A stretch of DNA of 53,907 nucleotides from Gemmatimonadota bacterium (GCA_016199245.1 JACQHC010000054.1:1-53907); one strand, 5' to 3'; shown: positions 19,108 to 31,786, counted from the first letter of the stretch. Made by a program: numbers and translations. Notes: a model not told the origin generated them from the sequence alone.

Positions 19108-21219
19108 TTACCGCCCGTTCCCCACCGCCGCCGCGATCAAGCGCCGCTCGAAGAACTCCGCCGTCGCCCGATACGCGGCAAGCCAGCTCCGGTGCAACAA
19201 GAAGCCGTGAATCTCGTCCGGGAAGATCAGCTGCTCCACTTCCACGCCGTGCTGCCGCAACGCCGCCACGAGGTCCACGGTCTCGCTGAACGGCACGTTG
19301 CGGTCGTCGTCGCCGTGGATGACCAGCACGGGCGATCGCCACGTGTCGACCGACGACATGGGCGACGACTGGAACGCCAGCCGCGCCACCTCGGCGCGGG
19401 CGGCGGGGTCGTAGTCCGGCTGAAAGTTGCGAATCACGATGTTCCAGTCGTGAACCCCATGCACGTCCACGCCCGCGGCAAACAGATCCGAGGCCCGCGC
19501 GAGCCCCAGCGCGGTCAGGTAGCCGCCGTACGATCCACCCCACAGGCCGATCTTCCCCGGGTCCACGTCCACACGGCTGCGGAGATACAGCCCGGCTCCC
19601 ATCACGTCATGGAACTCGCTGGCACCACGCGCGCCGTAGTTCAACGCCTCGCGGAATTCGAGCCCGTAGCCCGTTCCGCTCCGATAGTTCACCGACAAGA
19701 CGATGAACCCGCGGCTCGCCAGGTACTGGTTCAGCGCGTACGCATTGTGGTAGTACCCCAGATAATGGAAGCCCAGCAGCATCTGCCGGCGCGATCCGCC
19801 GTGGAAGAAGAGAATGGCCGGGCGGCGCTGGCCGGTCTGCATATCTCGCGGGCGGAACAACTGACCGTGGATCGGCAGTCCGTCGGCACCCGAGAAGATC
19901 ACCTGCTCGGGCTCGACCAGCGCGCGTGAAGGGAAGTCCGCTGGCATGGTCTCGGCAGCCAGGCTCCGGCGCGCGGCACCAACGCCGGCGGGAATGACTT
20001 CCGCCCGGGCGGGCGTTCGCGCATCCGACGCCAGGAACGCGACCGACCCGTCCTCGGCAGCGACCGGAGCCCACTCGATCCCGCGGCCGGTGGTGACCGC
20101 GACGGGCTGGCCTCCCATTACAGGGACACGCCAGAGATGCCGTCGATCGATGTCACCCTGATTCGACGAGTACACCACCTCTCGCCCGCCAGTGCCGAGT
20201 GCCACGTGCTCCACCTCAAACGCGCCGGGCGTGAGATGCGTGGGCTCACCGCCCGCGACCGGCACGGCGTAGAGTTGAATCCAGCCGTTTCGCTCCCAGG
20301 GGAACACCAGTCGATCGCCGGCAGCCCACATGATCTCGTGATCGCCCTCGACGCCCTGGAACACGCTGCCCCGCCCCGTCGCAGCGCGCCACACCTCGCG
20401 GCCCGCGCCGGTCGTGACATCGGTCACGCGAATAGACCAGGGCTCGCCCTCCCGCAGCGGCATGAACGGCAACCGATCCCGCTCGTTCGCCATCCGCGTG
20501 AACGCGATGCGCCGCCCGTCCGGCGACCACACCGGGTTGCCGTCCCGATCCACCGACGGATCGAGGTACTGCAGGCCCTGATCGGCCACTCGATACACGC
20601 CGATGAAGCTGTGATCCCCGCGATTGCTCACGAAGGCGAGAGCGCTCCCATCCGGTGACCACGTCAGCGAACCCGCCGAGCCGCGGATCTCGAACATCTG
20701 CTTGGCGGGACTAGAGTCCGTGAGTGACGCGGACCATACCGCGCCCCGGCGAAGGAAGGCCACCACGCTGCCGGCTGGTGAAACGGCGGGATTGCTCCCT
20801 TCGGCGAGCTGTCGCGGCTCGCCACCGGCAGTGGCCACCACCCAGATCGCCTGACGGGAGCCCCGGGGATCACTGGTGGGGTTCGGGATCTCACTCTGGC
20901 GATTGGGACCACCGCCGCGCACGTACACGATCCATCGGCCGTCCGGGCTGAACCGGAGTGACGTCAGGTCCTGCCCGTTGTCGTCACCGTACCGGGTCGC
21001 CTGGCGCGCGCCATACTGCGGCCCCTCGGCGACCCAGATGTTCCGCACGCCGGCCGCGTTCTGCACCCAGGCCACCGTTGACCCCCGCGACGCCGCGACC
21101 AGCCCCGTGGGGAACGGGGCGCTCATGACCTGCTCGATCCGGAAGCCCTGCTGCGCCACCGCCGGCCGGAATGCCGCGCTTATCAGGGCGCCTGCCACCC
21201 ACATGGCGTGCCGTCTCAT
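19108..21219 (-). CDS. S9 family peptidase with N-terminal beta-propeller, secreted
   Basis: Signal peptide, TolB-like propeller repeats (SPDG), and nucleophile motif GGSYGGY. The start ATG overlaps the helicase stop (ATGA). Confidence 0.9.
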   Translation of the reverse strand: MRRHAMWVAGALISAAFRPAVAQQGFRIEQVMSAPFPTGLVAASRGSTVAWVQNAAGVRNIWVAEGPQYGARQATRYGDDNGQDLTSLRFSPDGRWIVYVRGGGPNRQSEIPNPTSDPRGSRQAIWVVATAGGEPRQLAEGSNPAVSPAGSVVAFLRRGAVWSASLTDSSPAKQMFEIRGSAGSLTWSPDGSALAFVSNRGDHSFIGVYRVADQGLQYLDPSVDRDGNPVWSPDGRRIAFTRMANERDRLPFMPLREGEPWSIRVTDVTTGAGREVWRAATGRGSVFQGVEGDHEIMWAAGDRLVFPWERNGWIQLYAVPVAGGEPTHLTPGAFEVEHVALGTGGREVVYSSNQGDIDRRHLWRVPVMGGQPVAVTTGRGIEWAPVAAEDGSVAFLASDARTPARAEVIPAGVGAARRSLAAETMPADFPSRALVEPEQVIFSGADGLPIHGQLFRPRDMQTGQRRPAILFFHGGSRRQMLLGFHYLGYYHNAYALNQYLASRGFIVLSVNYRSGTGYGLEFREALNYGARGASEFHDVMGAGLYLRSRVDVDPGKIGLWGGSYGGYLTALGLARASDLFAAGVDVHGVHDWNIVIRNFQPDYDPAARAEVARLAFQSSPMSSVDTWRSPVLVIHGDDDRNVPFSETVDLVAALRQHGVEVEQLIFPDEIHGFLLHRSWLAAYRATAEFFERRLIAAAVGNGR

Positions 21220-24170
21220 GGTTCGTCTCCGTTGATTGCTTTGTCAGGACCGTCCGCAGCGTGGGCCGCGGGAAGAGCCAAGTCTACGACCTCGAGTCCC
21301 ATTTCGCCGAGAAACCGGCTTCCGCCTGTCGGCAGGCCGCCGCGGCGGTGAGCGCGCGTCAGGACCAGCCGATCCTCGGCCCTGGTCATCCCGACATAGA
21401 GCAGGCGCCGTGCCTCCTCGATCTCACCGCGCCTGAGCTCCTTCTGCGGCCCACCCAGCAGCTCGGCATCCTCGACAGCCGTGATGTACACGCGCGAGAA
21501 CTCGAGCCCCTTCGTGGCATGCAGCGTCAGCAGGTTCACGCGGTCACGGGCGGTTGCGATCCCTTCCGAACTGGACAGCGCCACGCGCTCGAGAAACCAG
21601 TCCAGGCTTTCGTTGAGCGTGGGTGCGCTACTCGCATCGATCAGCACGTCGAGCCGGGCCATGGAAACGGGATACCGCTCGGCGAAATCGGTCTCCGCGC
21701 GGAGCCGCTCCATCCGCCGGCGACCTCCCAGTCGGTCAATCACCTCCTCCGTCGCCGGCAGGTCGCCGCGACCGAGCCGAGCGCGCTCCTGCTCGTAGAA
21801 CTCCAGACAATCGCTGTAGCGGCCCAGCGTGTACGCCCCGGCGATCGTGCGCAGCAGTTCGGTTTCCTCGCCGGATGCCGCCGGCTCGAGGGCCAGGGCA
21901 AGGCCCAGGTAGTCCAGCAGGTTGGTCATGCCGGCCTTGCGGGACCGTTCCGCGCGTCGCCGCTCCAGCGCCTGCCCGACGGCCACGAGTGTCTTCGCAT
22001 CGTCCAGTGCGTGGTGCGCCCGGCCGACTGGAATCCCGAATCGTTCGGCCAGCGCGCCCAGGCCGGCGCCGCCGGGAACGATGGCGCGGGCCAGCAGCAG
22101 CGTGTCATAGAACGCCAACCGCTCAAACCCGCCGAATGGCTCGGCGGCGCGCCGCAGCACCGGGATGTCGAAGCGCTGGGCATTGTGCGCAACAAGCAGG
22201 TCATCGCCCACGAACGCCCGAAAGGCTGCCCACACCTCGCCGAAGCCCGGTGCTCCAGCCAGATCGGCTTCCCCGTACCCATGGGCCTCGCGCGCACCAG
22301 CGGTGATCGGAACGGTGGTGCGAACCAGCGATCGGAATTCGTCCACGGCCTCGCCGTTGCGCACGCGCACCGCGGCGATCTCCACGATCTCGCAGTGCGC
22401 CGGATCCCGGTCGGTGGTCTCCAGATCGAAGGCCACGTAGTTCCGGAACGCGGGAGCCTCGACCGATGTGTACAGCACCTGAAGCGCCTTGAACAGCGTG
22501 ATGCCCAGGCCAAGCGGTCCGGCCGCATCTGTTCCCAGCACCAGATCGCCCAGTTCCAGCTCCGCGCGCGCACCGACATAAGCCACGCCCGCCCAGCCGG
22601 CGGCGAGCAACATGCCGCGCAGCGCCACTTCCACACCGTCATCCGACTCGAGCCACACGCGCCCGCCGGCCGCATGCGTGCGCCGCAGACTGTCGGCCAG
22701 CCGGAGCGAGGCCCCCGTCGCGGGATCGCTCAGGTCTTCCTCGCGTTCCTCCAGGACGTTGCGATACCGCGTCACCCGCTGCTGCAACAGCACCTGGATC
22801 AGGGCGCGCAGGCTCGCGTGCTCCCGGCCGAGGCCTGAGAGGTTCTCGGCCTGGAACACGAAACGCCAGGCGCGCCTCCCGTCCGCGTCCCCTCGGCCCC
22901 GGCGGCGACCGATGCGCCGCGCGGCAGCGATCATGTCGCCGTCCGTCTCGCGAGTCTCCGCGCGGAGTTCCTCCCGCAGGGGCATCGGCAGCACGACCTC
23001 CGCCAGTGCCTCGAGGGCGGCCGGGTCGCGCGGCGACCGCATCAAGCGGACCCCCGCGACGACGGCTTTCACGATCTCGTCGTCCAGCAGGGCGCGTTTG
23101 GGCGCCAGGCGGCACGGCACGCCAGCCCGGAGCAGCTGGCGCTCCACCAGCGCGCCAACATCGTGCTTGCGATAGAGAATAGCGTAGTCGCCCCAGCGGC
23201 GGTTCGTGGCCCCCCGATCCGCCACCAAGTCGGCCGCGATCCAACGGGCCTCGTCCAGCTCATCGGGGAACGCGAACGCTCGCACCTCGTGCTCGGACTC
23301 CCCGGTCGCCCGCAGTTCCTTTTGGAACAGCGGCTGATTCGCTTCGATCAGCCGCCTCGCCGCGGTGAAGATCTGCCGGGAGCAGCGCCGGTTCTCGTCC
23401 AGGACGATGGGCCGCTCGATGGCGAAGTCCGTCGCAAACCGCCGCAGGACCTCCGGGCTGGCGCCGCGCCAGGTGAAGATGGACTGCTCGTCGTCACCGA
23501 CGGCGAACACACGACGGTGCGCGCCGGCGACCTGGCACACAATGCTGTACTGCGCCGCGTCGAGGTCCTGAAACTCGTCCACCAGCACATGGTCCCAACG
23601 GGCCGCCACGGACGCCGCCACGGTCGGATGCCGTTCCAGCAATTCCGCAGTGAGCGCGATCAGGTCGTCGAAATCGAGCAGCTCGCGCTCCCGGAGATAC
23701 GCGATGTAGCGGGGGAACAAGCGTGCGTCGGTGCCAACGAGGTCGCGCCCGGCCAGGCGGTGCCGCCCGAACGCCGTGAGCACGGCGCCACGCCGCTTCG
23801 GCGGCCATACGCCCAACCGCCCCAGCACGCCGGACTGATACGCCTCGTCCGCGATCCCGAAGCCCGGCTTGAGACCGATCGCGGGCCCGTGCCCCCGAAG
23901 CACGTCCACGCACAGTCCGTGCAGCGTCCCGCGGGTCACCTCCGCGGCGACACCCCCCAACTCCTCGCGCAGCCGCGTGGCAACTTCCTCTGCCGCCTTG
24001 TTCGTGAACGTGACGGCGCAGATCCGCTCAGGACGGACACCGTGGTGACGGATGAGATGAGCGACGCGACCGATCAGGCAGTACGTCTTGCCCGCGCCCG
24101 GCCCCGCCAGCACCAGAACAGGACCGAGTGGGGCCGTGATCGCGTCACGCTGGCGGCCGGAGGCGGGCAT
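21216..24170 (-). CDS. UvrD/Rep-family helicase with an internal DEDDh (DnaQ-like) 3'-5' exonuclease domain
   Basis: Helicase motifs GPGAGKT, VTFTNKAA, VLVDEFQD, GDDEQSIFTWRGA, then LHATKGLEF and YVGMTRAEDRL. Exonuclease motifs FDLETTD, LVAHNAQRFD and HHALDDA lie at residues ~578-735 (about 21966..22439). Confidence 0.88.
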   Translation of the reverse strand: MPASGRQRDAITAPLGPVLVLAGPGAGKTYCLIGRVAHLIRHHGVRPERICAVTFTNKAAEEVATRLREELGGVAAEVTRGTLHGLCVDVLRGHGPAIGLKPGFGIADEAYQSGVLGRLGVWPPKRRGAVLTAFGRHRLAGRDLVGTDARLFPRYIAYLRERELLDFDDLIALTAELLERHPTVAASVAARWDHVLVDEFQDLDAAQYSIVCQVAGAHRRVFAVGDDEQSIFTWRGASPEVLRRFATDFAIERPIVLDENRRCSRQIFTAARRLIEANQPLFQKELRATGESEHEVRAFAFPDELDEARWIAADLVADRGATNRRWGDYAILYRKHDVGALVERQLLRAGVPCRLAPKRALLDDEIVKAVVAGVRLMRSPRDPAALEALAEVVLPMPLREELRAETRETDGDMIAAARRIGRRRGRGDADGRRAWRFVFQAENLSGLGREHASLRALIQVLLQQRVTRYRNVLEEREEDLSDPATGASLRLADSLRRTHAAGGRVWLESDDGVEVALRGMLLAAGWAGVAYVGARAELELGDLVLGTDAAGPLGLGITLFKALQVLYTSVEAPAFRNYVAFDLETTDRDPAHCEIVEIAAVRVRNGEAVDEFRSLVRTTVPITAGAREAHGYGEADLAGAPGFGEVWAAFRAFVGDDLLVAHNAQRFDIPVLRRAAEPFGGFERLAFYDTLLLARAIVPGGAGLGALAERFGIPVGRAHHALDDAKTLVAVGQALERRRAERSRKAGMTNLLDYLGLALALEPAASGEETELLRTIAGAYTLGRYSDCLEFYEQERARLGRGDLPATEEVIDRLGGRRRMERLRAETDFAERYPVSMARLDVLIDASSAPTLNESLDWFLERVALSSSEGIATARDRVNLLTLHATKGLEFSRVYITAVEDAELLGGPQKELRRGEIEEARRLLYVGMTRAEDRLVLTRAHRRGGLPTGGSRFLGEMGLEVVDLALPAAHAADGPDKAINGDEP

Positions 24171-24184
24171 GAGAGAATGCTAGG

Positions 24185-24253
24185 AAAAAAAGCGTAAGAG
24201 GTAAGAGGGGCTGAACAGCAAGCCGCTCAATGCTCCGCTCGCTTCTTACCTCT
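24185..24253 (-). terminator. candidate intrinsic terminator after the cpgS-like gene
   Basis: On the minus-sense RNA, AGAGGUAAGA (from 24244..24253, overlapping the stop codon) pairs with UCUUACCUCU (from 24197..24206). A U7 run follows 5 nt later (A7 at 24185..24191 on the plus strand). Confidence 0.45.
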
Positions 24254-25592
24254 CACTTCTTCTTCTCACGCTCGCCGGTCGTTTCAGAAACGCACCGATG
24301 ACGGTGTCGATGGTCGGCTCACCCGTCTCTTCCAGCTCGTATCGCACCCTCAGGGAGGGCTTGTCGAGCGCCACCAGATGCCGCAGGTCGATCGGGCTCG
24401 CCACGAGCACGAGATCCGCGGGAGTGGTCTTGATGGTCGCGGCGAGCTCGGCCACCTGCTCGTCACCGTAGCCCATCGCGGGCAGCACCGGGCCCATATG
24501 GGGATAGGCGAGGAACGTTTCCCGGATCGACCCCACGGCGTAGGGGCGCGGATCCACGATCTCCCCCGCGCCGTGCCGCCGCGCGGCCACCCATCCCGCA
24601 CCGAAGGCCATCCCGCCATGCGTGAGCGTCGGGCCGTCCTCGATCACGAGGACCCGTTTGCCGGCAATCCGCTCGGGTGTTTCCACCCGCACAGCGCTCG
24701 CCGCCTCGATCACCGTCGCCCGGGGCGCGAGCTCGAGCGCGACCTGTCGCGCGGTCTTTACCTGCTCGGCGTCCGCCGTGTCCACCTTGTTGATCACCAC
24801 CACGTCCGCGAGGCGCAGCGTCGTCTCGCCCGGGTGATAGTGCATTGCGTGGGCCGCGCGATGGGGATCCGTGACGGCGATCATCAGATCCGGCGCGAAG
24901 AACGGGAAATCGTTGTTGCCGCCGTCCCAGACCACGACATCGGCGTCGCGTTCAGCGGCCCGCAGGATGCGCTCGTAGTCCACGCCGGCATACACGATGT
25001 GGCCCGCCGCGATCAGCGGCTCGTACTCCTCCCGCTCCTCGATCGTCACCTCCTGCCGATCGAGATCCTCGCGAGTCTCGAACCGCTGCACGGCCTGGCG
25101 CTCGAGATCGCCGTAGGGCATCGGGTGGCGGACCACCACGGCTCGCTTGCCCGCCTGCCGCAACGCGGCCACGACCCGGCGCGTCGTCTGGCTCTTGCCG
25201 GCGCCGGTGCGCGCGGCGCCGACGGCGATTACCGGCACGCGCGACGTGAGCATCGTGCGGTGCGGCCCCAGCAGCAGGTAATCCGCCCCGGCTGCCAGAG
25301 CCCGCGAGCCCACGTGCATCACGTGCTCGTGCGACACGTCGCTGTAGCTGAACACCACGACGTCCACGCCGCGCTCGCGCACGATACGCTCGAGATCGGC
25401 CTCGGCCAGGATGGGGATCCCGTCCGGGTATCGCTTCCCTGCCAGCGCGGCGGGATACCGGCGGCCCGCGATGTTGGGGATTTGCGCCGCCGTAAAGGCC
25501 ACCACCTCAACGTCGCCATCCTCGCGGAAGACGACGTTGAAGTTGTGGAAGTCCCGGCCGGCGGCCCCGACGATCAGGACGCGCCGTGTCAT
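24246..25592 (-). CDS. COG2403-family predicted GTPase / cyclic 2,3-diphosphoglycerate synthetase-like protein
   Basis: The N-terminus VLIVGAAGRDFHNFNVVFR...VVAFTAAQIP and P-loop-like GAARTGAGKS match my recollection of the archaeal cpgS/COG2403 family; this was not verified by search. Confidence 0.6.
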   Translation of the reverse strand: MTRRVLIVGAAGRDFHNFNVVFREDGDVEVVAFTAAQIPNIAGRRYPAALAGKRYPDGIPILAEADLERIVRERGVDVVVFSYSDVSHEHVMHVGSRALAAGADYLLLGPHRTMLTSRVPVIAVGAARTGAGKSQTTRRVVAALRQAGKRAVVVRHPMPYGDLERQAVQRFETREDLDRQEVTIEEREEYEPLIAAGHIVYAGVDYERILRAAERDADVVVWDGGNNDFPFFAPDLMIAVTDPHRAAHAMHYHPGETTLRLADVVVINKVDTADAEQVKTARQVALELAPRATVIEAASAVRVETPERIAGKRVLVIEDGPTLTHGGMAFGAGWVAARRHGAGEIVDPRPYAVGSIRETFLAYPHMGPVLPAMGYGDEQVAELAATIKTTPADLVLVASPIDLRHLVALDKPSLRVRYELEETGEPTIDTVIGAFLKRPASVRRRSER

Positions 25593-25596
25593 CCCG

Positions 25597-28782
<3,186 letters not shown>

Positions 28783-28873
28783 TGACCTCTCCTCGCTGCG
28801 ATCAGAACCGGGCAAGGCTTCAGCACCTGGCTATGGCAGAGCCCGCCCGTCAGGGCGTGGGCAAGCAAGAAAG

Positions 28874-28900
28874 AACGGGCGGCAAGTTGCACCGCCCGTT
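28874..28900 (-). terminator. candidate terminator hairpin downstream of gdhA
   Basis: Perfect 9-bp stem AACGGGCGG / CCGCCCGTT with a 9-nt loop. On the minus strand it is followed by CTTTCTTGCTT. A second dyad, GAGGGGTAAG / CTTACCCCTC, lies at 28945..28992. Confidence 0.45.
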
Positions 28901-29010
28901 GCCTTCCAAGCTACCCCCGCCCGACATCCGGCCGTTGGAGAGCCGAGGGGTAAGCGGCAACCGAAGCCTGACCTCGGTCCCCCTTACCCCTCACCCTCAC
29001 GGTCTTGTTG

Positions 29011-30387
29011 TTACGGCCAGATACCGCGCTCCGCCGTCACGTTGGCCACGCGCTGAATCGCCAGCACGTAGGCGGCCGTGCGCATATCCGCCGGCTGCAG
29101 CGGCTCACCCGGCCGCCCGCGCTTCTTCCGCTCAGCATCGAGCTTGGCCAGCGAACCATTCAGGCGCGCGTGCGTGTCGATCACGGCATCCGTCGAGCGG
29201 GTCATCTTGGTCCACAGCTTCTGGTTGACCGCTTCCTCGTCCCACTGCTCGTTCTCGATGTTCTGCACCCACTCGAAGTAGCTCACGGTCACGCCGCCCG
29301 CGTTGGCCAGAATGTCCGGGAGCACGGCAATGCCCCTCTGGTTGAGGATGCGATCCGCCGCCGGCGTCGTGGGGCCATTGGCGGCCTCGGCAATGAGCCG
29401 CGCCTTCACCGACCCCGCATTGTCGGCGCGAATGGAGTTCTCCAGCGCCGCCGGGATCAGGATGTCGCACGGCACCGACAGCACGGCCTCTCCCGCAATC
29501 GTCGCGGTACCCGGAAGGCCGACCACGGACCCGGTCTTCCTCTTGTGCTCGACCGCGGCCTTGGCCGAGAAACCCTCCCGGCTGTGAATCGCGCCGCGTG
29601 AGTCGCTCGCTGCGACGATAACGGCTCCCGCCTCCTCGTACAGCTCGGCCGCGATCGCCCCCGCGTTGCCGAAACCCTGCACCGCGACACTCGCCCCCTT
29701 CAGCGAGTCAATGCCCGGCACGACCCCGCGGGCCAGCGCGCGCTCGGTCACGAACAGGCAGCCGCGCGCCGTTGCCTCACGCCGCCCCAGCGAGCCGCCG
29801 ATGTCCACCGGCTTGCCCGTCACGACGGGCAGGCTGTTGATGCCCGGGTGCATCATGTGATACGTATCGTAAATCCAGGCCATGGTCTCGGCGTTGGTGT
29901 TGACGTCCGGAGCGGGGATATCCGTGTTGGGGCCGATGTCGTCCCCCAGCTCCGCGATGTACCGCCGCGTGATCTTCCGCAGGTCGTCCTTCGTCAACTT
30001 CTTCGGATCACACACCACACCGCCCTTCGCACCGCCGAACGGGATGTCCACCACGGCACATTTCCAGGTCATCCAGTTGGCCAGCGCCTTCACTTCGTCC
30101 GCCGTGACATCCGGGTGATACCGGATCCCGCCCTTCCCCGGGCCGCGCGACCGCGAATGCACGCAGCGGTAGCCGATGAACAGCTTCACGGTCCCGTCCT
30201 GCATCTGGACAGGAAACTCGACGGCGATGAAGCGACCGGGGCGCCGCATGTACGCGACCATGTCCGGGTCGAGCTCGGGCAGATACCGCGCTGCATGCTC
30301 GTACTGCTGCACCGCGATGGTGAACGGATTGAGATCTTCCGTCGGAGGCGCTGACGTGGATTGCGCCAGCACGGGTTGTGCACTCAT
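29011..30387 (-). CDS. gdhA: glutamate dehydrogenase
   Basis: KGGIRYHP, WMTWKCAVVDIPFGGAKGG and the Rossmann motif GFGNAG. Confidence 0.93.
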   Translation of the reverse strand: MSAQPVLAQSTSAPPTEDLNPFTIAVQQYEHAARYLPELDPDMVAYMRRPGRFIAVEFPVQMQDGTVKLFIGYRCVHSRSRGPGKGGIRYHPDVTADEVKALANWMTWKCAVVDIPFGGAKGGVVCDPKKLTKDDLRKITRRYIAELGDDIGPNTDIPAPDVNTNAETMAWIYDTYHMMHPGINSLPVVTGKPVDIGGSLGRREATARGCLFVTERALARGVVPGIDSLKGASVAVQGFGNAGAIAAELYEEAGAVIVAASDSRGAIHSREGFSAKAAVEHKRKTGSVVGLPGTATIAGEAVLSVPCDILIPAALENSIRADNAGSVKARLIAEAANGPTTPAADRILNQRGIAVLPDILANAGGVTVSYFEWVQNIENEQWDEEAVNQKLWTKMTRSTDAVIDTHARLNGSLAKLDAERKKRGRPGEPLQPADMRTAAYVLAIQRVANVTAERGIWP

Positions 30388-30578
30388 GGCTCACTCTCGG
30401 GCAAGAATGGAGTTGTAATCTGTCCCGCTTGCTCCAGGGCCGCCATTGAATTTCCTAAACCCCGTCTGAAGCCCCGTTAATCTGCTACCTTGGTGCGGCC
30501 CCTCGACTTTGATGGCCGAAATCGGATAGCCCCATTCCCGGCTGCCCATTACCGTCAGGGCAAGCGAGGAGAGCCACC

Positions 30579-31655
30579 ATGATCACGATGCTGAACGGGA
30601 GACTCCGGGACCCTGACATTCGCTGGGCCGCCGTCCTGAGGCGCGACCGGGAGGTGGATGGGCGGTTCGTCTACGCGGTGCGATCGACCGGCATCTACTG
30701 CCGCCCGTCGTGCCCGTCCCGGCGACCACGGCGCACTCATGTCCAGTTCTTTGATTCGCCGGGGGCAGCCGAGCAGGCAGGGTTTCGGGCGTGTAAACGG
30801 TGTGCGCCCGCGAGGGCCGGGCACGCGGATGGGGCCACCGGGCTCGTCGCCGACATCGCCCGCCTGTTGCAGGACCGTTCCGGTTCGGTCTCGCTGGCCG
30901 AATTGAGCCGCGCCACGGGGCGGAGCGTGCGCCACATCCGCCGAGTGTTCCAGCGCGTCACCGGCGTGAGCCCGCGCCAGTTCGCCGCCGCGCGCCGCGT
31001 GGGCGCGTTGAAGCAACGGCTCCGCCGCGGCGACACGGTCAGTCGCGCCCAGTTCGAGGCGGGATTCGGCTCGAGCAGCAGATTGTATGAGCGGGCTGGG
31101 GCCGCCCTGGGCATGACCCCCGCCACCTATCGCAAGGGCGGCGCGGGCGCGAAGATCGGGTACGTGACCGTGCCCACCGCAGTCGGGCTGTTGCTCGTCG
31201 CCGGCACGGAGCGTGGGCTGTGCGCCGTCCGCTTTGGGGAGTCGAAAGCGGTGCTGACTCGCGCGTTGCGGGAGGAATTCCCCCAGGCGACACTCGAGCC
31301 GGACAGCCCCCGGGTGAGCCTCTGGGCGGCCTCGCTCAGGGCCCAGGTCGAGGGCCTCAAGCCGTCGGCGATTCTCCCGCTGGACGTTCAGGCGACGGCA
31401 TTCCAGCTCCGCGTGTGGGAACAGCTGCGCCGGATTCCGTTCGGCGCAACCCGCACCTACGGCGAAGTGGCGCGGAGGCTCGGTCGCCCAACGGCGACCC
31501 GTGCCGTGGCGCGAGCCTGCGCCAGCAATCCCGCGGCCCTCGCGATCCCATGCCATCGGGTCGTGCGCAGTGACGGCGAGCTCGGCGGGTATCGCTGGGG
31601 CATTGAGAAGAAGCGGGAGCTGCTACAGCGGGAGTCACCGGCGGCGGTCGGGTGA
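30579..31655 (+). CDS. ada: bifunctional Ada: methylphosphotriester-DNA methyltransferase/AraC regulator plus O6-methylguanine-DNA methyltransferase
   Basis: N-Ada zinc Cys cluster (FVYAVRSTGIYCRPSCPSRRP...CKRC), an AraC-type HTH, and the C-terminal PCHRV active site. GAGGAG Shine-Dalgarno site upstream. Confidence 0.9.
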   Translation: MITMLNGRLRDPDIRWAAVLRRDREVDGRFVYAVRSTGIYCRPSCPSRRPRRTHVQFFDSPGAAEQAGFRACKRCAPARAGHADGATGLVADIARLLQDRSGSVSLAELSRATGRSVRHIRRVFQRVTGVSPRQFAAARRVGALKQRLRRGDTVSRAQFEAGFGSSSRLYERAGAALGMTPATYRKGGAGAKIGYVTVPTAVGLLLVAGTERGLCAVRFGESKAVLTRALREEFPQATLEPDSPRVSLWAASLRAQVEGLKPSAILPLDVQATAFQLRVWEQLRRIPFGATRTYGEVARRLGRPTATRAVARACASNPAALAIPCHRVVRSDGELGGYRWGIEKKRELLQRESPAAVG

Positions 31656-31662
31656 GACCCGG

Positions 31663-31701
31663 AAAGCTCTGCGCAAGTTGACGCGGTGGGCAGAGCTTTT
31701 T
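31663..31701 (+). terminator. intrinsic terminator after ada
   Basis: 10-bp stem AAAGCTCTGC / GCAGAGCTTT with a 17-nt loop; a run of five T (31697..31701) spans the end of the 3' stem arm and the 2 nt beyond it. Confidence 0.6.
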
Positions 31702-31725
31702 GCGAGCCGTCTGCAGGTCTGTTGA

Positions 31726-31786
31726 GATCGAACATCTGATATCGGACATCGGATATCGAAATACCGGACTTGGGATATCGAACCAC
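31726..31786. repeat. AT-rich block with three GATATCG(R)A direct repeats
   Basis: GATATC at 31738, 31752 and 31774, each followed by GGA or GAA. GATCGAACATC (31726) resembles TATCGAACCAC (31776). Local GC is far below the window average. Confidence 0.5.

Noticed and set aside
28783-28815. TTG 28815 start for the BNR protein, as listed in the ORF track
   Set aside because: ATG 28782 has an AGGAGAGG RBS at proper spacing and yields a canonical signal peptide. The extra 11 residues from the TTG start are charged and unlikely.
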